Shown here: positions 23,301 to 32,425 of the stretch, in pieces
Layout of the letters: the number at the start of each line of letters is the position of its first letter
Numbering within the stretch: the first letter of the stretch is position 1
Assembly: GCA_963771175.1 (NCBI GenBank)
Contig: CAVYSY010000054.1
Coordinates: 1-64,000, forward strand
Length of the DNA stretch: 64,000 nucleotides
From: an uncultured delta proteobacterium
GTDB lineage: Bacteria; Myxococcota; Myxococcia; Myxococcales; Myxococcaceae
Direction of reading: 5' to 3'
Program-made: the position numbers and the translations under genes
Notes under the pieces: generated by a model
The model's database searches: none
What the model was told of the DNA's origin: nothing
Seen by the model: only the letters and a program-made list of their open reading frames with translations

Positions 23301-24901
23301 CACTCGCCGTCCACGTCCTTGCGGGGGACGATGCGCGCGGGGATGCCCACCGCCACGCTGTCCGGGGGCACGTCCTTGAGCACCACCGCGTTGGCGCCGA
23401 TCCGCGAGCGGGCGCCAATGGTGATGGGGCCGAGGATGCGCGCGCCGGCGCCCACCCACACGTCATCCTCGATGACGGGGTAGCCGTCGTCCTTGGCGGT
23501 GCCCACGGTGTTGTTGCCGTAGAAGCGCACGCGGTTGCCCACCTTCGCGTCGCCACCCACCACGGTGCCCAGGCTGTGGACGAAGTAGACGCCGTTGCCC
23601 AGCTCGACGTCCTTGCCAATCTCCACGCCCAGCACCGCCGTCTGCGCCACGCGCAGCGCGTGGTTGCCGAGCGGAATGCCCAGCCCTCGCGCCGCCTCGC
23701 GCAGCCGCTGCAGCGCCAGCACGCGGTAGGCGTCCGAGGTGAGCACCATGGAGGCCACGGCCTTCACGCCCGTGCCGCCGTGCTCGGAGCGCGCCACCTG
23801 CAGCGCGTCGTCCTTGAGGGCCCTGGCCAGCCGCAGCACCTGGCCGGGCTTGCCGCCGGTGAGCGCGAAGCGGGCCACATGCTTCGCCGCCTTGGGCAGC
23901 GAGCCCGCCTCGGTGCGAGCCCCGCGCAGGTACTCCATGGCGTACGTCACCGAGGTGCCCATGAAGGCCACCTTGCTCAGCCCCGCCTTGTCGGCGAGCC
24001 GCGCCACGCCCATCACCGCCTGGGTGACGGGGCGGGAGGCCTCGGGCGCCACCACCGCTGCGGCGAGCAGCGGCCGGGCCAGCGGGTTCATCTCGAAGAG
24101 GTAGCGCCAGGGGTCCACCTGGGGCACGTCCGGGTGCTTGCTCGCCACGTGCATGTCGAACATGCCGTAGCGGTGGGCCCGCTTCAGCCACTTCTCGAAG
24201 CTGGTGTGGTCCGAGCCGTGGAGGACAGCCGCCTCGGTGCAGAACTCGAAGCGGCAGCCGGCCTTCTCCAGGCGCACGCCCAGCTCGATGTCCTCGGACT
24301 GGCCGAGGCTCTTGTCGAAGCCGCCGGCGGCCACGTAGTCCTCGCGGTGGAACGAGACGTTGCCGGTGAAGAGCTGCCAGCCGCGGGCGCGCCGCTTGGG
24401 GCCGCTCATGCTGGCGGCGATGCGGTTGTTGAGCCACGCGTACCACCGCTCGAAGAGCGGCATGTCCGAGATGGCCGGGTCCGGGCGGATGCTGCCGATG
24501 ACGACGTTGCGCGAGCCCTGCGGGTGACGCGCCAGGTGTCGGGCGAGGAAGTCCTCGGCCACCTGCATGTCGTCGTCGGTGATGAGCACCACGTCGCCGC
24601 GCGCCGCGAGCACGCCCCGGTGACGCGCGGCGGCCGCGCCGGCGTTGGCCTGCGTCTCCACGCGGAGGGTGTAGGGGAGCGTCAGCTTCTCCAGGTGGGG
24701 CGCGGCGGGCTCCTTCGAGCCGTCATCCACCACCACCACCTCGAAGTCGGAGGGGGCGAGCGTCTGCCGGGCGAACTGGCCGAGCAGGCGCTGCACGAGG
24801 TCGAGTCGGTTGTACGTGGCAACGACGACACTCAGCCTCGGCCGCGGGGACACGGGCCGAGGGAGGGCGGCGCCAGGGGCGCCGGAGGCAGCACTGCTCA
24901 T
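23300..24901 (-). CDS. GT2 glycosyltransferase fused to a serine-O-acetyltransferase-like hexapeptide-repeat domain (EpsD+EpsC-like)
   Basis: SVVVATYNR, VVVVDDGS, ITDDD and SEDIELG GT2 motifs; C-terminal PVIEDDVWVGAGARILGPITIGARSRIGANAVV...VGIPAR. Confidence 0.9.
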   Translation of the reverse strand: MSSAASGAPGAALPRPVSPRPRLSVVVATYNRLDLVQRLLGQFARQTLAPSDFEVVVVDDGSKEPAAPHLEKLTLPYTLRVETQANAGAAAARHRGVLAARGDVVLITDDDMQVAEDFLARHLARHPQGSRNVVIGSIRPDPAISDMPLFERWYAWLNNRIAASMSGPKRRARGWQLFTGNVSFHREDYVAAGGFDKSLGQSEDIELGVRLEKAGCRFEFCTEAAVLHGSDHTSFEKWLKRAHRYGMFDMHVASKHPDVPQVDPWRYLFEMNPLARPLLAAAVVAPEASRPVTQAVMGVARLADKAGLSKVAFMGTSVTYAMEYLRGARTEAGSLPKAAKHVARFALTGGKPGQVLRLARALKDDALQVARSEHGGTGVKAVASMVLTSDAYRVLALQRLREAARGLGIPLGNHALRVAQTAVLGVEIGKDVELGNGVYFVHSLGTVVGGDAKVGNRVRFYGNNTVGTAKDDGYPVIEDDVWVGAGARILGPITIGARSRIGANAVVLKDVPPDSVAVGIPARIVPRKDVDGE

Positions 24902-25560
24902 TTCTTCGGGGCTCCAGACGTGGGCTGGAGCGTAACGCTTCCCACGAAGCGCTCCTTCCCAATCAGGTCGAGCGTACGACGAGCGGACGAGAAGTCCGAG
25001 TCACCGAGCGTCACGCACAGCAGCGCTCGCTCGGCCGCCAGTGCGATCTCCAGCCCCACGGGGTTGGAGATGACGGAGTCGATGAGGACCACCACCCGGT
25101 CCCCCTGCTCCACGTAGGCCAGCATCTCGTTCACCACGTGCTGCGCGCTGCCCAGCTCCAGGCCCTCGGCATCCAGGAAGTGGATGGGAGTGGTGCCCTG
25201 CTTGGTGCCCACCTCGAGGATGGCCCGCGCCGTCTGCTGCCCGGAGCCGCCCACGTGCGAGGGCACCACCACCAGCGACGACCAGCGGTGACGCTGGTTG
25301 AGCATCGCCCACAGGTGCAGCAGCGTGCTGGTGGGGACGGTGCTGAAGGGCTGCTGCGGGGCCTGCTGTTGCTGCTGCTCGACGACCTCGGACGTCCCGC
25401 CCCCGTTGGGAGTCGGTCCGGACGGAGGAGACGCGGGTGCGGCCAGCGCGCGGTTGCCCCGGACCACCGACAGCGGCTGCAACACGCGCCGCTGCTCGGG
25501 AGGTTTCTGGCCACCACCGCGCGAGCCACCCTTGGTCTTCTTGTCTTGAGGCTCGAACAT
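24898..25560 (-). CDS. wzeX: Stand-alone BY-pseudokinase-like protein (WzeX-like)
   Basis: Degenerate P-loop fold (WSSLVVVP...DRVVVLIDSVISNP...GKERFVGSV); position between wzy and epsD as in M. xanthus. Confidence 0.65.
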   Translation of the reverse strand: MFEPQDKKTKGGSRGGGQKPPEQRRVLQPLSVVRGNRALAAPASPPSGPTPNGGGTSEVVEQQQQQAPQQPFSTVPTSTLLHLWAMLNQRHRWSSLVVVPSHVGGSGQQTARAILEVGTKQGTTPIHFLDAEGLELGSAQHVVNEMLAYVEQGDRVVVLIDSVISNPVGLEIALAAERALLCVTLGDSDFSSARRTLDLIGKERFVGSVTLQPTSGAPKK

Positions 25561-25689
25561 GGGCAACCCCATGTTAGCGCGGTGCGAGCCGTTTGACAGC
25601 ACCGAAGAGGCCGATTCCGGGCCCTTTGTGTCGTATTTTCGTAGCCTCTTGGCTTTACGGTGCGGTACCATAACAGGTTTCTTACTGGA

Positions 25690-27207
25690 TTACGAGAATT
25701 CGCCCCTCGAATTCTCAGGGGCCGAGACTTCGTTTCGTCGCGGCTGCGCGCCAGGCCAGGCGCCTGTGTAGATGGCCAGCTTGCTGGCGCAGGTGAGGGC
25801 CATCGCCGCCAGCAGCGTGCCCAGCCAGCTGATGTTGCCCATGTCACCGAAGCACTGGTTGATATAGGCGACGAACACCGACAGCGCCACCAATCCACCT
25901 GCACGGTATTCCGGCTCATGCGCGCGGTGGTAGGCGCGCGCGGCCAGGAAGATGCCGACGGGGAGCCACATCCACAGCCCGCTGAAGCCCACCACGCCGC
26001 CGGCGGAGAGCATGCCCAGCACCGAGTTGTGTGGGAAGTAGAGGTAGTCGGCGAAGGCATGCGAGATGTCGGGCAGTTTGATCACCTCGTCGAAGGGGTG
26101 CCCCCAGCCGGTCCCGAAGAGGGGGTTGCGGTCCCAGGTGTGGACGACGTTGATGTTCTCGATGTCGCGGTAGTCGAGCTGCCCCTTGGCGAGGTTCTCG
26201 CCCTCCACCAGGGACTTGAAGATACCGACGATGCCGAAGATGCCCGTGGGGTTCTGCCAGCCCACGGAGAGGTAGAGGGGGAAGAGGGGCAGCAGCACCA
26301 GGCCGGCCCGGGAGAGGTAGCGCTTCACCCAGCTCCAGGGGCTGACGACGTACGCGCAGATGAGGCCCAGGGTGAAGCTGACGTAGGCCAGGCGTCGGTC
26401 GTTGTAGTGCATCCCCATGAGGATGACGGCGCACACCCCGACCATGCGCCAGAAGTTCTTTCGCCTGGGGTCCTCGATATACGAGTAGATGGCGACGCCC
26501 AGCCCGGTGACGTACAGCACCGAGTCCGAGTGGGTGGTGGCGTACTCGTGGTACAGGCCCCGGGGGCGTGCCATGGCGAGGATGAAGTAGGCGCCCAGGA
26601 TGGCCTTGGTGAAGCAGCCCCCGATGATGATGCGCCCGAGGGTGTGGAAGTCCTCGGGTCCGCGCAGCGCGGCGTTGAAGAGCATCACCATCAGCGGCAG
26701 CACCAGCATCTGGTGGAACTGCGCCCTGGCCACGCGCGACACGCCGCCGTTGATGTTGATGCCCCACACCTGAAGCCAGAGGATGGTGGCCAGCAGCACC
26801 AGCAGCGCGATGACCAGGGGGTTGGCCAGCGGACTCGGGAGCGGATCTATCGTGATGCGGGTGGCGCGCCGGTAGGCCATCAACCCGAGCAGCCCGAGGA
26901 TGGCGATGTCCAACAGGGGGAGGGACATCACCGGCATGGTGAAGAGCAGCTTGCCGGGGAAGTACAGCGGCGACTGCCAGTGGCCCTCGTAGGGGACCTC
27001 GGTGACGAGGTCCACCGTGACGGCGATGGCGAACAGCGCCAGCGTCAGCGTGCGCAGCGGCTGGCGGCACACCCACCACAGGAAGGCGGCGCCCACCACC
27101 GGCACCAGCGCGATGGCCGGGGCGACGACGAGGAGCCCCAGCGTCGCCAGCACCAGCAGGGCCAGCAACCCCAGGAAGACGGGCGTGCGAGAGAGGAAGG
27201 TTTCCAT
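25690..27207 (-). CDS. wzy: Wzy polysaccharide polymerase (O-antigen ligase family)
   Basis: Multi-TM protein with PLFGTGWG...PHNSVLG motif; lies within the eps cluster. Confidence 0.85.
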   Translation of the reverse strand: METFLSRTPVFLGLLALLVLATLGLLVVAPAIALVPVVGAAFLWWVCRQPLRTLTLALFAIAVTVDLVTEVPYEGHWQSPLYFPGKLLFTMPVMSLPLLDIAILGLLGLMAYRRATRITIDPLPSPLANPLVIALLVLLATILWLQVWGININGGVSRVARAQFHQMLVLPLMVMLFNAALRGPEDFHTLGRIIIGGCFTKAILGAYFILAMARPRGLYHEYATTHSDSVLYVTGLGVAIYSYIEDPRRKNFWRMVGVCAVILMGMHYNDRRLAYVSFTLGLICAYVVSPWSWVKRYLSRAGLVLLPLFPLYLSVGWQNPTGIFGIVGIFKSLVEGENLAKGQLDYRDIENINVVHTWDRNPLFGTGWGHPFDEVIKLPDISHAFADYLYFPHNSVLGMLSAGGVVGFSGLWMWLPVGIFLAARAYHRAHEPEYRAGGLVALSVFVAYINQCFGDMGNISWLGTLLAAMALTCASKLAIYTGAWPGAQPRRNEVSAPENSRGEFS

Positions 27208-27233
27208 CGTCGTGCGCGGCCGTCACCCGGCCG

Positions 27234-28421
27234 TCAGGGCTTCTGGCCCTCGCGCGCGGTGCGCACCCACTCGCCCTTCTTCTCCTCGGAGCGGCTGAGC
27301 ATCAGCCACACCTTCCAGGCCACGTAGAAGGGCGCCCACGCCAGGGCCGAGAGGCCCGACAGGCCCATGCCGGACACCCACCAGCCGCGCATCACGTAGA
27401 GCACCAGCGCCAGCACGCTCGCCGCCGCCGCGTACGCGGACAGCGCCACGTGCCCCTGCCACAGCGACAGCGCCCCCGAGGCCACCGCCACCGCGCCCGC
27501 CCCCAGCACCACCCAGCTCAGCGGCGGCACCAGCAGGTCCACCGCCAGGTCCACCAGCACCTTGTCGCCCTTGCGCAGGCCCTCGGCGAGCAGCGGCAGG
27601 CCGAACTTGCGCGTCATCGCCATGCGCCCGCCATCCCAGCGGCGGCGCTGCGAGCGCGCGGCCTTCTCGCTGGTGACCATCTCCCCCAGCGCCTCGGCCT
27701 CCCAGGCGTAGTGCACGCGCTGGCCGGCCTTCCCCAGGCGGATGCCGTACTCCAGGTCCTCCACGATGGAGAAGGCCTCGTGGGGCACCTGGCGGATGAT
27801 GGCGTGGGTGAAGCACATGCCGTTGCCGCGCAGGCCGCACGAGACACCCAGCCGCTCGCGGCCCAGCGAGCGCACCTTGTGGAAGAGCGCCATGGCGACG
27901 GCCATCAGCCGCGTGCGCCACGAGGCATGCGGGTTGAGCACGCCGTAGTGCGCCTGCACCGCCTGCGCGCCCGCCTCCAGTCGCAGCCCGAAGGCGTGCA
28001 GCAGGTTGGGCGTCACCTCGGTGTCGGCGTCTACCACCACCACCGCGTCGGCGAAGCCGTCCGCCAGGCTCTGCTCGAAGGCGAGCTGCAGGGCGTAGCC
28101 CTTGCCGCGGAGCTCCTTGTTCTGCCGCTCCAGCACCGTGGCGCCGGCCTCGCGCGCCCGCTCCGCCGTGGCGTCCGAGCAGTTGTCCGCCACCACGAGG
28201 ATGCGCCGCAGCGTCGCCGGGTAGTCCACCGCGGACAGGTTGGCCACGGTGCGCGCGATGCCCGCCTCCTCGTTGTGCGCCGGGATGATGACGTCGAACT
28301 TCAGCCGCGGCGGCACCCGCGGAGGCGCCTCCTTCTCCCCCGATAGGAGCGTGAGCAGCAGGAGGTAGCCCGAGGCGAGGAGCACCGGCAGGGCCAGGAG
28401 GACGAGCAGCGAATCGAGCAT
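27234..28421 (-). CDS. epsU: GT2 glycosyltransferase (EpsU-like)
   Basis: IIPAHNEE, VADNC, GKGYAL, VVDAD, EDLEYG and QRRRW motifs. Confidence 0.85.
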   Translation of the reverse strand: MLDSLLVLLALPVLLASGYLLLLTLLSGEKEAPPRVPPRLKFDVIIPAHNEEAGIARTVANLSAVDYPATLRRILVVADNCSDATAERAREAGATVLERQNKELRGKGYALQLAFEQSLADGFADAVVVVDADTEVTPNLLHAFGLRLEAGAQAVQAHYGVLNPHASWRTRLMAVAMALFHKVRSLGRERLGVSCGLRGNGMCFTHAIIRQVPHEAFSIVEDLEYGIRLGKAGQRVHYAWEAEALGEMVTSEKAARSQRRRWDGGRMAMTRKFGLPLLAEGLRKGDKVLVDLAVDLLVPPLSWVVLGAGAVAVASGALSLWQGHVALSAYAAAASVLALVLYVMRGWWVSGMGLSGLSALAWAPFYVAWKVWLMLSRSEEKKGEWVRTAREGQKP

Positions 28422-28467
28422 CACGGCTTGGGGGGACTTCGGGTGGGGCGCGAGGGGGGGCCTCGCG

Positions 28468-29967
28468 CTATCGGGAACCAGTCTCGACGTGCTCCAGCTC
28501 CGCGAGCACGGGCAGCCCCAGGTTGCGCTTGACCTGCCAGGGCTGGAGCAGCCGGCCGCTGAGCACGTCGCGGGCGATGGCCGCGAAGACGCCCAGCAGC
28601 AGTCCCGCCAAGATGCCTCCGAGGGCAATCACCTTCGCGTTGGGCTTCACCGGCGTGCGGGGGAACTCGGCGGGGGTGAGCACGGTGTAGCGGTACTTGA
28701 AGGAGGCCTGGGAGATGTCGCGCTCCAGCTTCGCCGCGTCGATGCGCTTGCGCATCTGCTGCTGGACGACCAGACGCACGCGCAGCTCGTCCACCGCCAC
28801 CGCCGCCTTGGGGTTCTCCGACACCGCCGGGAGGATGCCCATCAGCACGCGCTCCAGGCCGTACGGGTCCGGCATCGGCTCGTCGGGGAAGGGGACGGAC
28901 TGGCCGCCGTAGCGCTCGTACTCCGAGGAGAGCTGCTTCTCCTCGCCTTGCAGCACCCTCGTGTTCGGTGAGCCCTGGGCCCTCAGCCCGACAATCTTCT
29001 GCTGCAGCTCCACGATGTTGGGGTGGCTCTCCCCGTAGAGCTTGCGCTGCGCCACCAGCTCCGCGTTGAGCTGCTCCAGGCGCCGGTTGTGCTGCTCCTC
29101 GGAGTCCGAGATGGCGCGCCGCTTGGCGCGGATGAGGAAGCGCAGCCCGGCCAGGTGCTGGTCCGAGTTGAAGCCTCCCACGCGCGGGTCTCCCACCGCG
29201 CGCCGGCGCTCGAGCATGATCTGCTCGAAGACCTTCTCGAAGTGCGTGTAGGCCTCCTTGACGTTCTCGGTGGCCTGCTTCTCGTGGATGGAGAGGATTT
29301 CCATCGCGTCGTTGATGCTGGCGAGGTCCTCGCGCTGGCGCGCCTCGAGGAAGCTCTGCTGCGCGGCATCCACCAGCTCGTAGGCGAGCTGCGGGTCCGG
29401 CCAGGTGACGCTGAGGGTGACCTTGCCGTCCTCGGTGTCCACGACGAGCTGCTTCTCCAGCATGCCCACCATGGCGTCCAGCTTGATGTCCTCGGTGGGG
29501 CGGCTGGAGATGAGGTGGACGAGCGTGTCCTTGAAGCGCAGCAGCGGGGCGCGCGTGGCCTCCCAGCGGTCCAGCAGGTTCACCCGCTTGATGAGGGCCA
29601 CGAGGTTCTCGCGCCGCATCACCGCCTGGGCGGCCGTGCGCGTCACCGAGTCCACCTCGCCGGGCGGGCGCAGCGGGTTGGGCGGGTCCGGGTCCAACGC
29701 GGCGATGCGGTCCGGGTTGACGAGCGCGGCGATGGTGGAGCTGCGCTTGGGCAGCAGCGTGGCCTGCGAGTAGTAGCTGCGCGGCAGGAACTTGGCGATG
29801 GCGAGCCCCAGCGCGGCTGTCACCAGGAAGGTGGTGAGCGCCAGCAGCTTGTGGCGCAGCACCGCGTTCTTGACGTAGCCGAGGTAGTCCTTGAGCGCCT
29901 CCCAGTCGATGAGCTGGGCCTGCGCCTTCTCCACCTCGGGCAGCTCGTCACGATGTGGCGCGCTCAT
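28468..29967 (-). CDS. epsV: Polysaccharide co-polymerase / chain-length protein (EpsV/Wzc-like)
   Basis: Two TM segments flanking a coiled-coil periplasmic region; YGESHPNI and P..PVKPN motifs; C-terminal LGLPVLAE. Confidence 0.85.
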   Translation of the reverse strand: MSAPHRDELPEVEKAQAQLIDWEALKDYLGYVKNAVLRHKLLALTTFLVTAALGLAIAKFLPRSYYSQATLLPKRSSTIAALVNPDRIAALDPDPPNPLRPPGEVDSVTRTAAQAVMRRENLVALIKRVNLLDRWEATRAPLLRFKDTLVHLISSRPTEDIKLDAMVGMLEKQLVVDTEDGKVTLSVTWPDPQLAYELVDAAQQSFLEARQREDLASINDAMEILSIHEKQATENVKEAYTHFEKVFEQIMLERRRAVGDPRVGGFNSDQHLAGLRFLIRAKRRAISDSEEQHNRRLEQLNAELVAQRKLYGESHPNIVELQQKIVGLRAQGSPNTRVLQGEEKQLSSEYERYGGQSVPFPDEPMPDPYGLERVLMGILPAVSENPKAAVAVDELRVRLVVQQQMRKRIDAAKLERDISQASFKYRYTVLTPAEFPRTPVKPNAKVIALGGILAGLLLGVFAAIARDVLSGRLLQPWQVKRNLGLPVLAELEHVETGSR

Positions 29968-29971
29968 CCCC

Positions 29972-30367
29972 CTACGCCTCCTTCCGCTGTCCCGCGGCCA
30001 TCACCCGCTCCACCTGCTGGCGGAACTCCTCGGGGGTGAACGGCTTGATGAGGTAGCCGCTGGCTCCGGCCTCCTCGGCCTGCGCGCGATCCAACGACAG
30101 CGTGCGCGCGGAGATCATCAGCACCGGCACGTCCTTGTGCATGGGCGAGGCGCGGATGTGCTCGCACACCTCGAAACCGGAGATGTCCGGCAGCGTCAGG
30201 TCCAGGCACACCAGGTCCGGACGCACCTCGGAGAGCTGCTCCAGGGCCGCGCGCCCGCTGAAGGCCTCCAGGACGCGGGTGAAGCCCAGCTCCTGCAGCA
30301 TGTCGCCCAGCATCCTGCGGAACATGGGGGAGTCCTCCACGACGAGGACGGTTCCTTGCTGCTGCAT
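29972..30367 (-). CDS. epsW: Single-domain response regulator (EpsW-like)
   Basis: VLVVEDS, PDLVCLDLTLPDISG, ISAR and YLIKPF receiver motifs. Confidence 0.88.
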   Translation of the reverse strand: MQQQGTVLVVEDSPMFRRMLGDMLQELGFTRVLEAFSGRAALEQLSEVRPDLVCLDLTLPDISGFEVCEHIRASPMHKDVPVLMISARTLSLDRAQAEEAGASGYLIKPFTPEEFRQQVERVMAAGQRKEA

Positions 30368-30573
30368 AGAATCTCTCAGGCCTTTTCTCAGTCTTCCATC
30401 GCCGTCCAGAGCACCAGGACGAGGAATGCATAGAGGAAGTTGTACGCCACGACCATCGCCACCGCCCGTTTTACTCCGCGAGCCGCGTTGCGCTCACGCG
30501 CCGCCAGGCATGGCAACACGATGATGGCGTACAGCACCGACATCAGGAGGAACTTCTTCATGGCCTGGTGTTC

Positions 30574-31782
30574 TTAAAGCCTACCACGGTCATACCGGAC
30601 CACCAATCCAATGCTTGTGTGCCACTGGACGACGGGCACGGTGGAGATGACCACATGGTCCGTCCAGGTGAGCTGCCCCTTGCCCTGGACGTAGAGGTAG
30701 CGAGAGAGCGGGTAGAGGGCCTCGAGCTCTGTCTTGAACTCGGCATCGTACGCATGGATGCCCGCGGTGAGGGCGTGGGCGTAGCGCAGCGAGCCCGTCA
30801 CCTTGGCCTCGCGCCGGCCCTTCCACTCCAGGCCGACCCCCACATCCCCGCGGGAGATGAGCTGGGTGGTAAGTGGATCCATGTAGGGCAGGAAGCGCGC
30901 TCGAACCTTGGCCTTCACCGGCCAGTGGTTGCCCAGCGGCACCGGCGCGTTGAGGGTGGTCTCCAGCGTGGGCTGCACCAGGTTCTCGATGGGCCTGTCG
31001 GGCCGGCGTGGGTACTGCCGGCCGAAGGCGAGGCCCGGCTCGACGCTCAGGTCGACCAGCGGGGAAAAGAAGTGCTGCACGCCCGAGGAGAGCTGGAGGA
31101 GGGAGTCGCGGCTGCCGGTGGAGAAGGAGACGTCGCGGCCGTAGAGCGAGACGGTGAGGTAGTCGCGGCGGGTGGCGCCGTAATAGGACTGGAGGCGCAG
31201 CTCGGGGTAGCGCTGCTGGGGGTAGGCCGCGTCGCCGCGCGTCGCCGGGCGCACCGGTGGATTCAACAGGCCGTTGACGACCCAGCCGAGCGTACCGGCG
31301 ATGGCCAGCCTTTTGATTCCCAACGACGTCCAGAAGCCCGCCGCCGTCTCCGTGTAGATGTAGGCGCTGCTGAGCTTCGCACCCGGAAGGACGGGGAGGC
31401 TGCCGGTGCCCGCGCCGCCGCCGAAGTCGTCGAAGGGGAAGGTGCCGTAGGTGGTGGTGTGGACGGCCAGCAGCTTGAGGTCGCGGCGTATCCTGTAGTC
31501 GGCGCGCGTGTAGACGGACTGGAGGATTTCCAGCGTGGGCCGAGTGGCGGCCTGGCGGATGAGGAGCTGCGGCTCGTAGACGAGCTTGACGTCCAGCAGG
31601 TTGGTGTAGAGGAAGCCCTCCAGGCGCGGGGCGGCCATGAGGTCCGTCACCACGCGGGCATTGGCCAGCTCGGTGAGCAGCGGCGTGCGGACGATGGTCT
31701 CGACGCGCGCCGAGGCCTTGTACTTGACGGCCGGGGCGGAGGCCACCAGCAGCAAGCCGAGGGCCAGGGCGGGCATCGCCAT
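30574..31782 (-). CDS. epsX: Outer-membrane beta-barrel partner of the OPX protein (EpsX-like)
   Basis: Signal peptide; alternating amphipathic strands; immediately downstream of the OPX gene. Confidence 0.72.
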   Translation of the reverse strand: MAMPALALGLLLVASAPAVKYKASARVETIVRTPLLTELANARVVTDLMAAPRLEGFLYTNLLDVKLVYEPQLLIRQAATRPTLEILQSVYTRADYRIRRDLKLLAVHTTTYGTFPFDDFGGGAGTGSLPVLPGAKLSSAYIYTETAAGFWTSLGIKRLAIAGTLGWVVNGLLNPPVRPATRGDAAYPQQRYPELRLQSYYGATRRDYLTVSLYGRDVSFSTGSRDSLLQLSSGVQHFFSPLVDLSVEPGLAFGRQYPRRPDRPIENLVQPTLETTLNAPVPLGNHWPVKAKVRARFLPYMDPLTTQLISRGDVGVGLEWKGRREAKVTGSLRYAHALTAGIHAYDAEFKTELEALYPLSRYLYVQGKGQLTWTDHVVISTVPVVQWHTSIGLVVRYDRGRL

Positions 31783-31786
31783 GGGG

Positions 31787-32425
31787 TTATTCCACCACCA
31801 CCACGTCGCCCGTCTTCAGACGGAAGGTGGAGGCGGTGCCCTCGTTGCGGGTGAGCGCGGGGTAGGAGAAGCGGATGCGCACCGGCTGCGGGTAGCCGGC
31901 CTCCTTGCGCAGTACGTAGATGCCGTCCTCGCGCGCGTAGTCGCTGAAGCCGCCGGCCTCCGACAGCGCCTGCAGCAGCCCGGAGTTGGCCTCGAGCAGC
32001 TTGCGGCCCGGGTTGCGCACCTCGCCGAGTATCGACACCTTGATGGGCTGGGCCTCGTCCACGATGACGGTGACGACGGGGTTGGCCACCATGTCCTTCA
32101 GCTTCTGCTCCACCAGCTTCGCGAGCGCGGCCGGCGTCTGCCCGGCGGCCTCCACGTCGTTGATGAGCGGCAGGCTGATGCGGCCGTCTTCGCGCACGCG
32201 CAGGCGGGAGGAGATGTCCCGCTGGTTCCACACGTTGACGTTGAGGACGTCGCCCTTGCGGATGAGGTAGCCCTCGTCCTGCTGCGTCTGGGGCTCGCGG
32301 TAGTCGTCCACCCAGATGAAGCGGCCCGGCTGGTAGCAGGCGGACAACAGCAGGAGCGCGGCCAGCAGGGACCAGCGGCGCGGCGAGAGGGAGCGGAGGG
32401 AGGGTCGGCTCATGGAAGGCTTCAT
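31787..32425 (-). CDS. epsY: Polysaccharide export OPX protein, short form (EpsY/Wza-like)
   Basis: PES motif YLIRKGDVLNVNVW...DGRISLPLINDV.AAGQT; SLBB domain; ends LKTGDVVVVE without an outer-membrane helix; ATGA overlap with wzx. Confidence 0.9.
   Translation of the reverse strand: MKPSMSRPSLRSLSPRRWSLLAALLLLSACYQPGRFIWVDDYREPQTQQDEGYLIRKGDVLNVNVWNQRDISSRLRVREDGRISLPLINDVEAAGQTPAALAKLVEQKLKDMVANPVVTVIVDEAQPIKVSILGEVRNPGRKLLEANSGLLQALSEAGGFSDYAREDGIYVLRKEAGYPQPVRIRFSYPALTRNEGTASTFRLKTGDVVVVE

Noticed and set aside
30435..30450. Sigma-54-like promoter upstream of epsW (TGGCGTACAACTTCC on the minus strand)
   Set aside because: The -12 element reads TTCC rather than TTGC; too weak to call.
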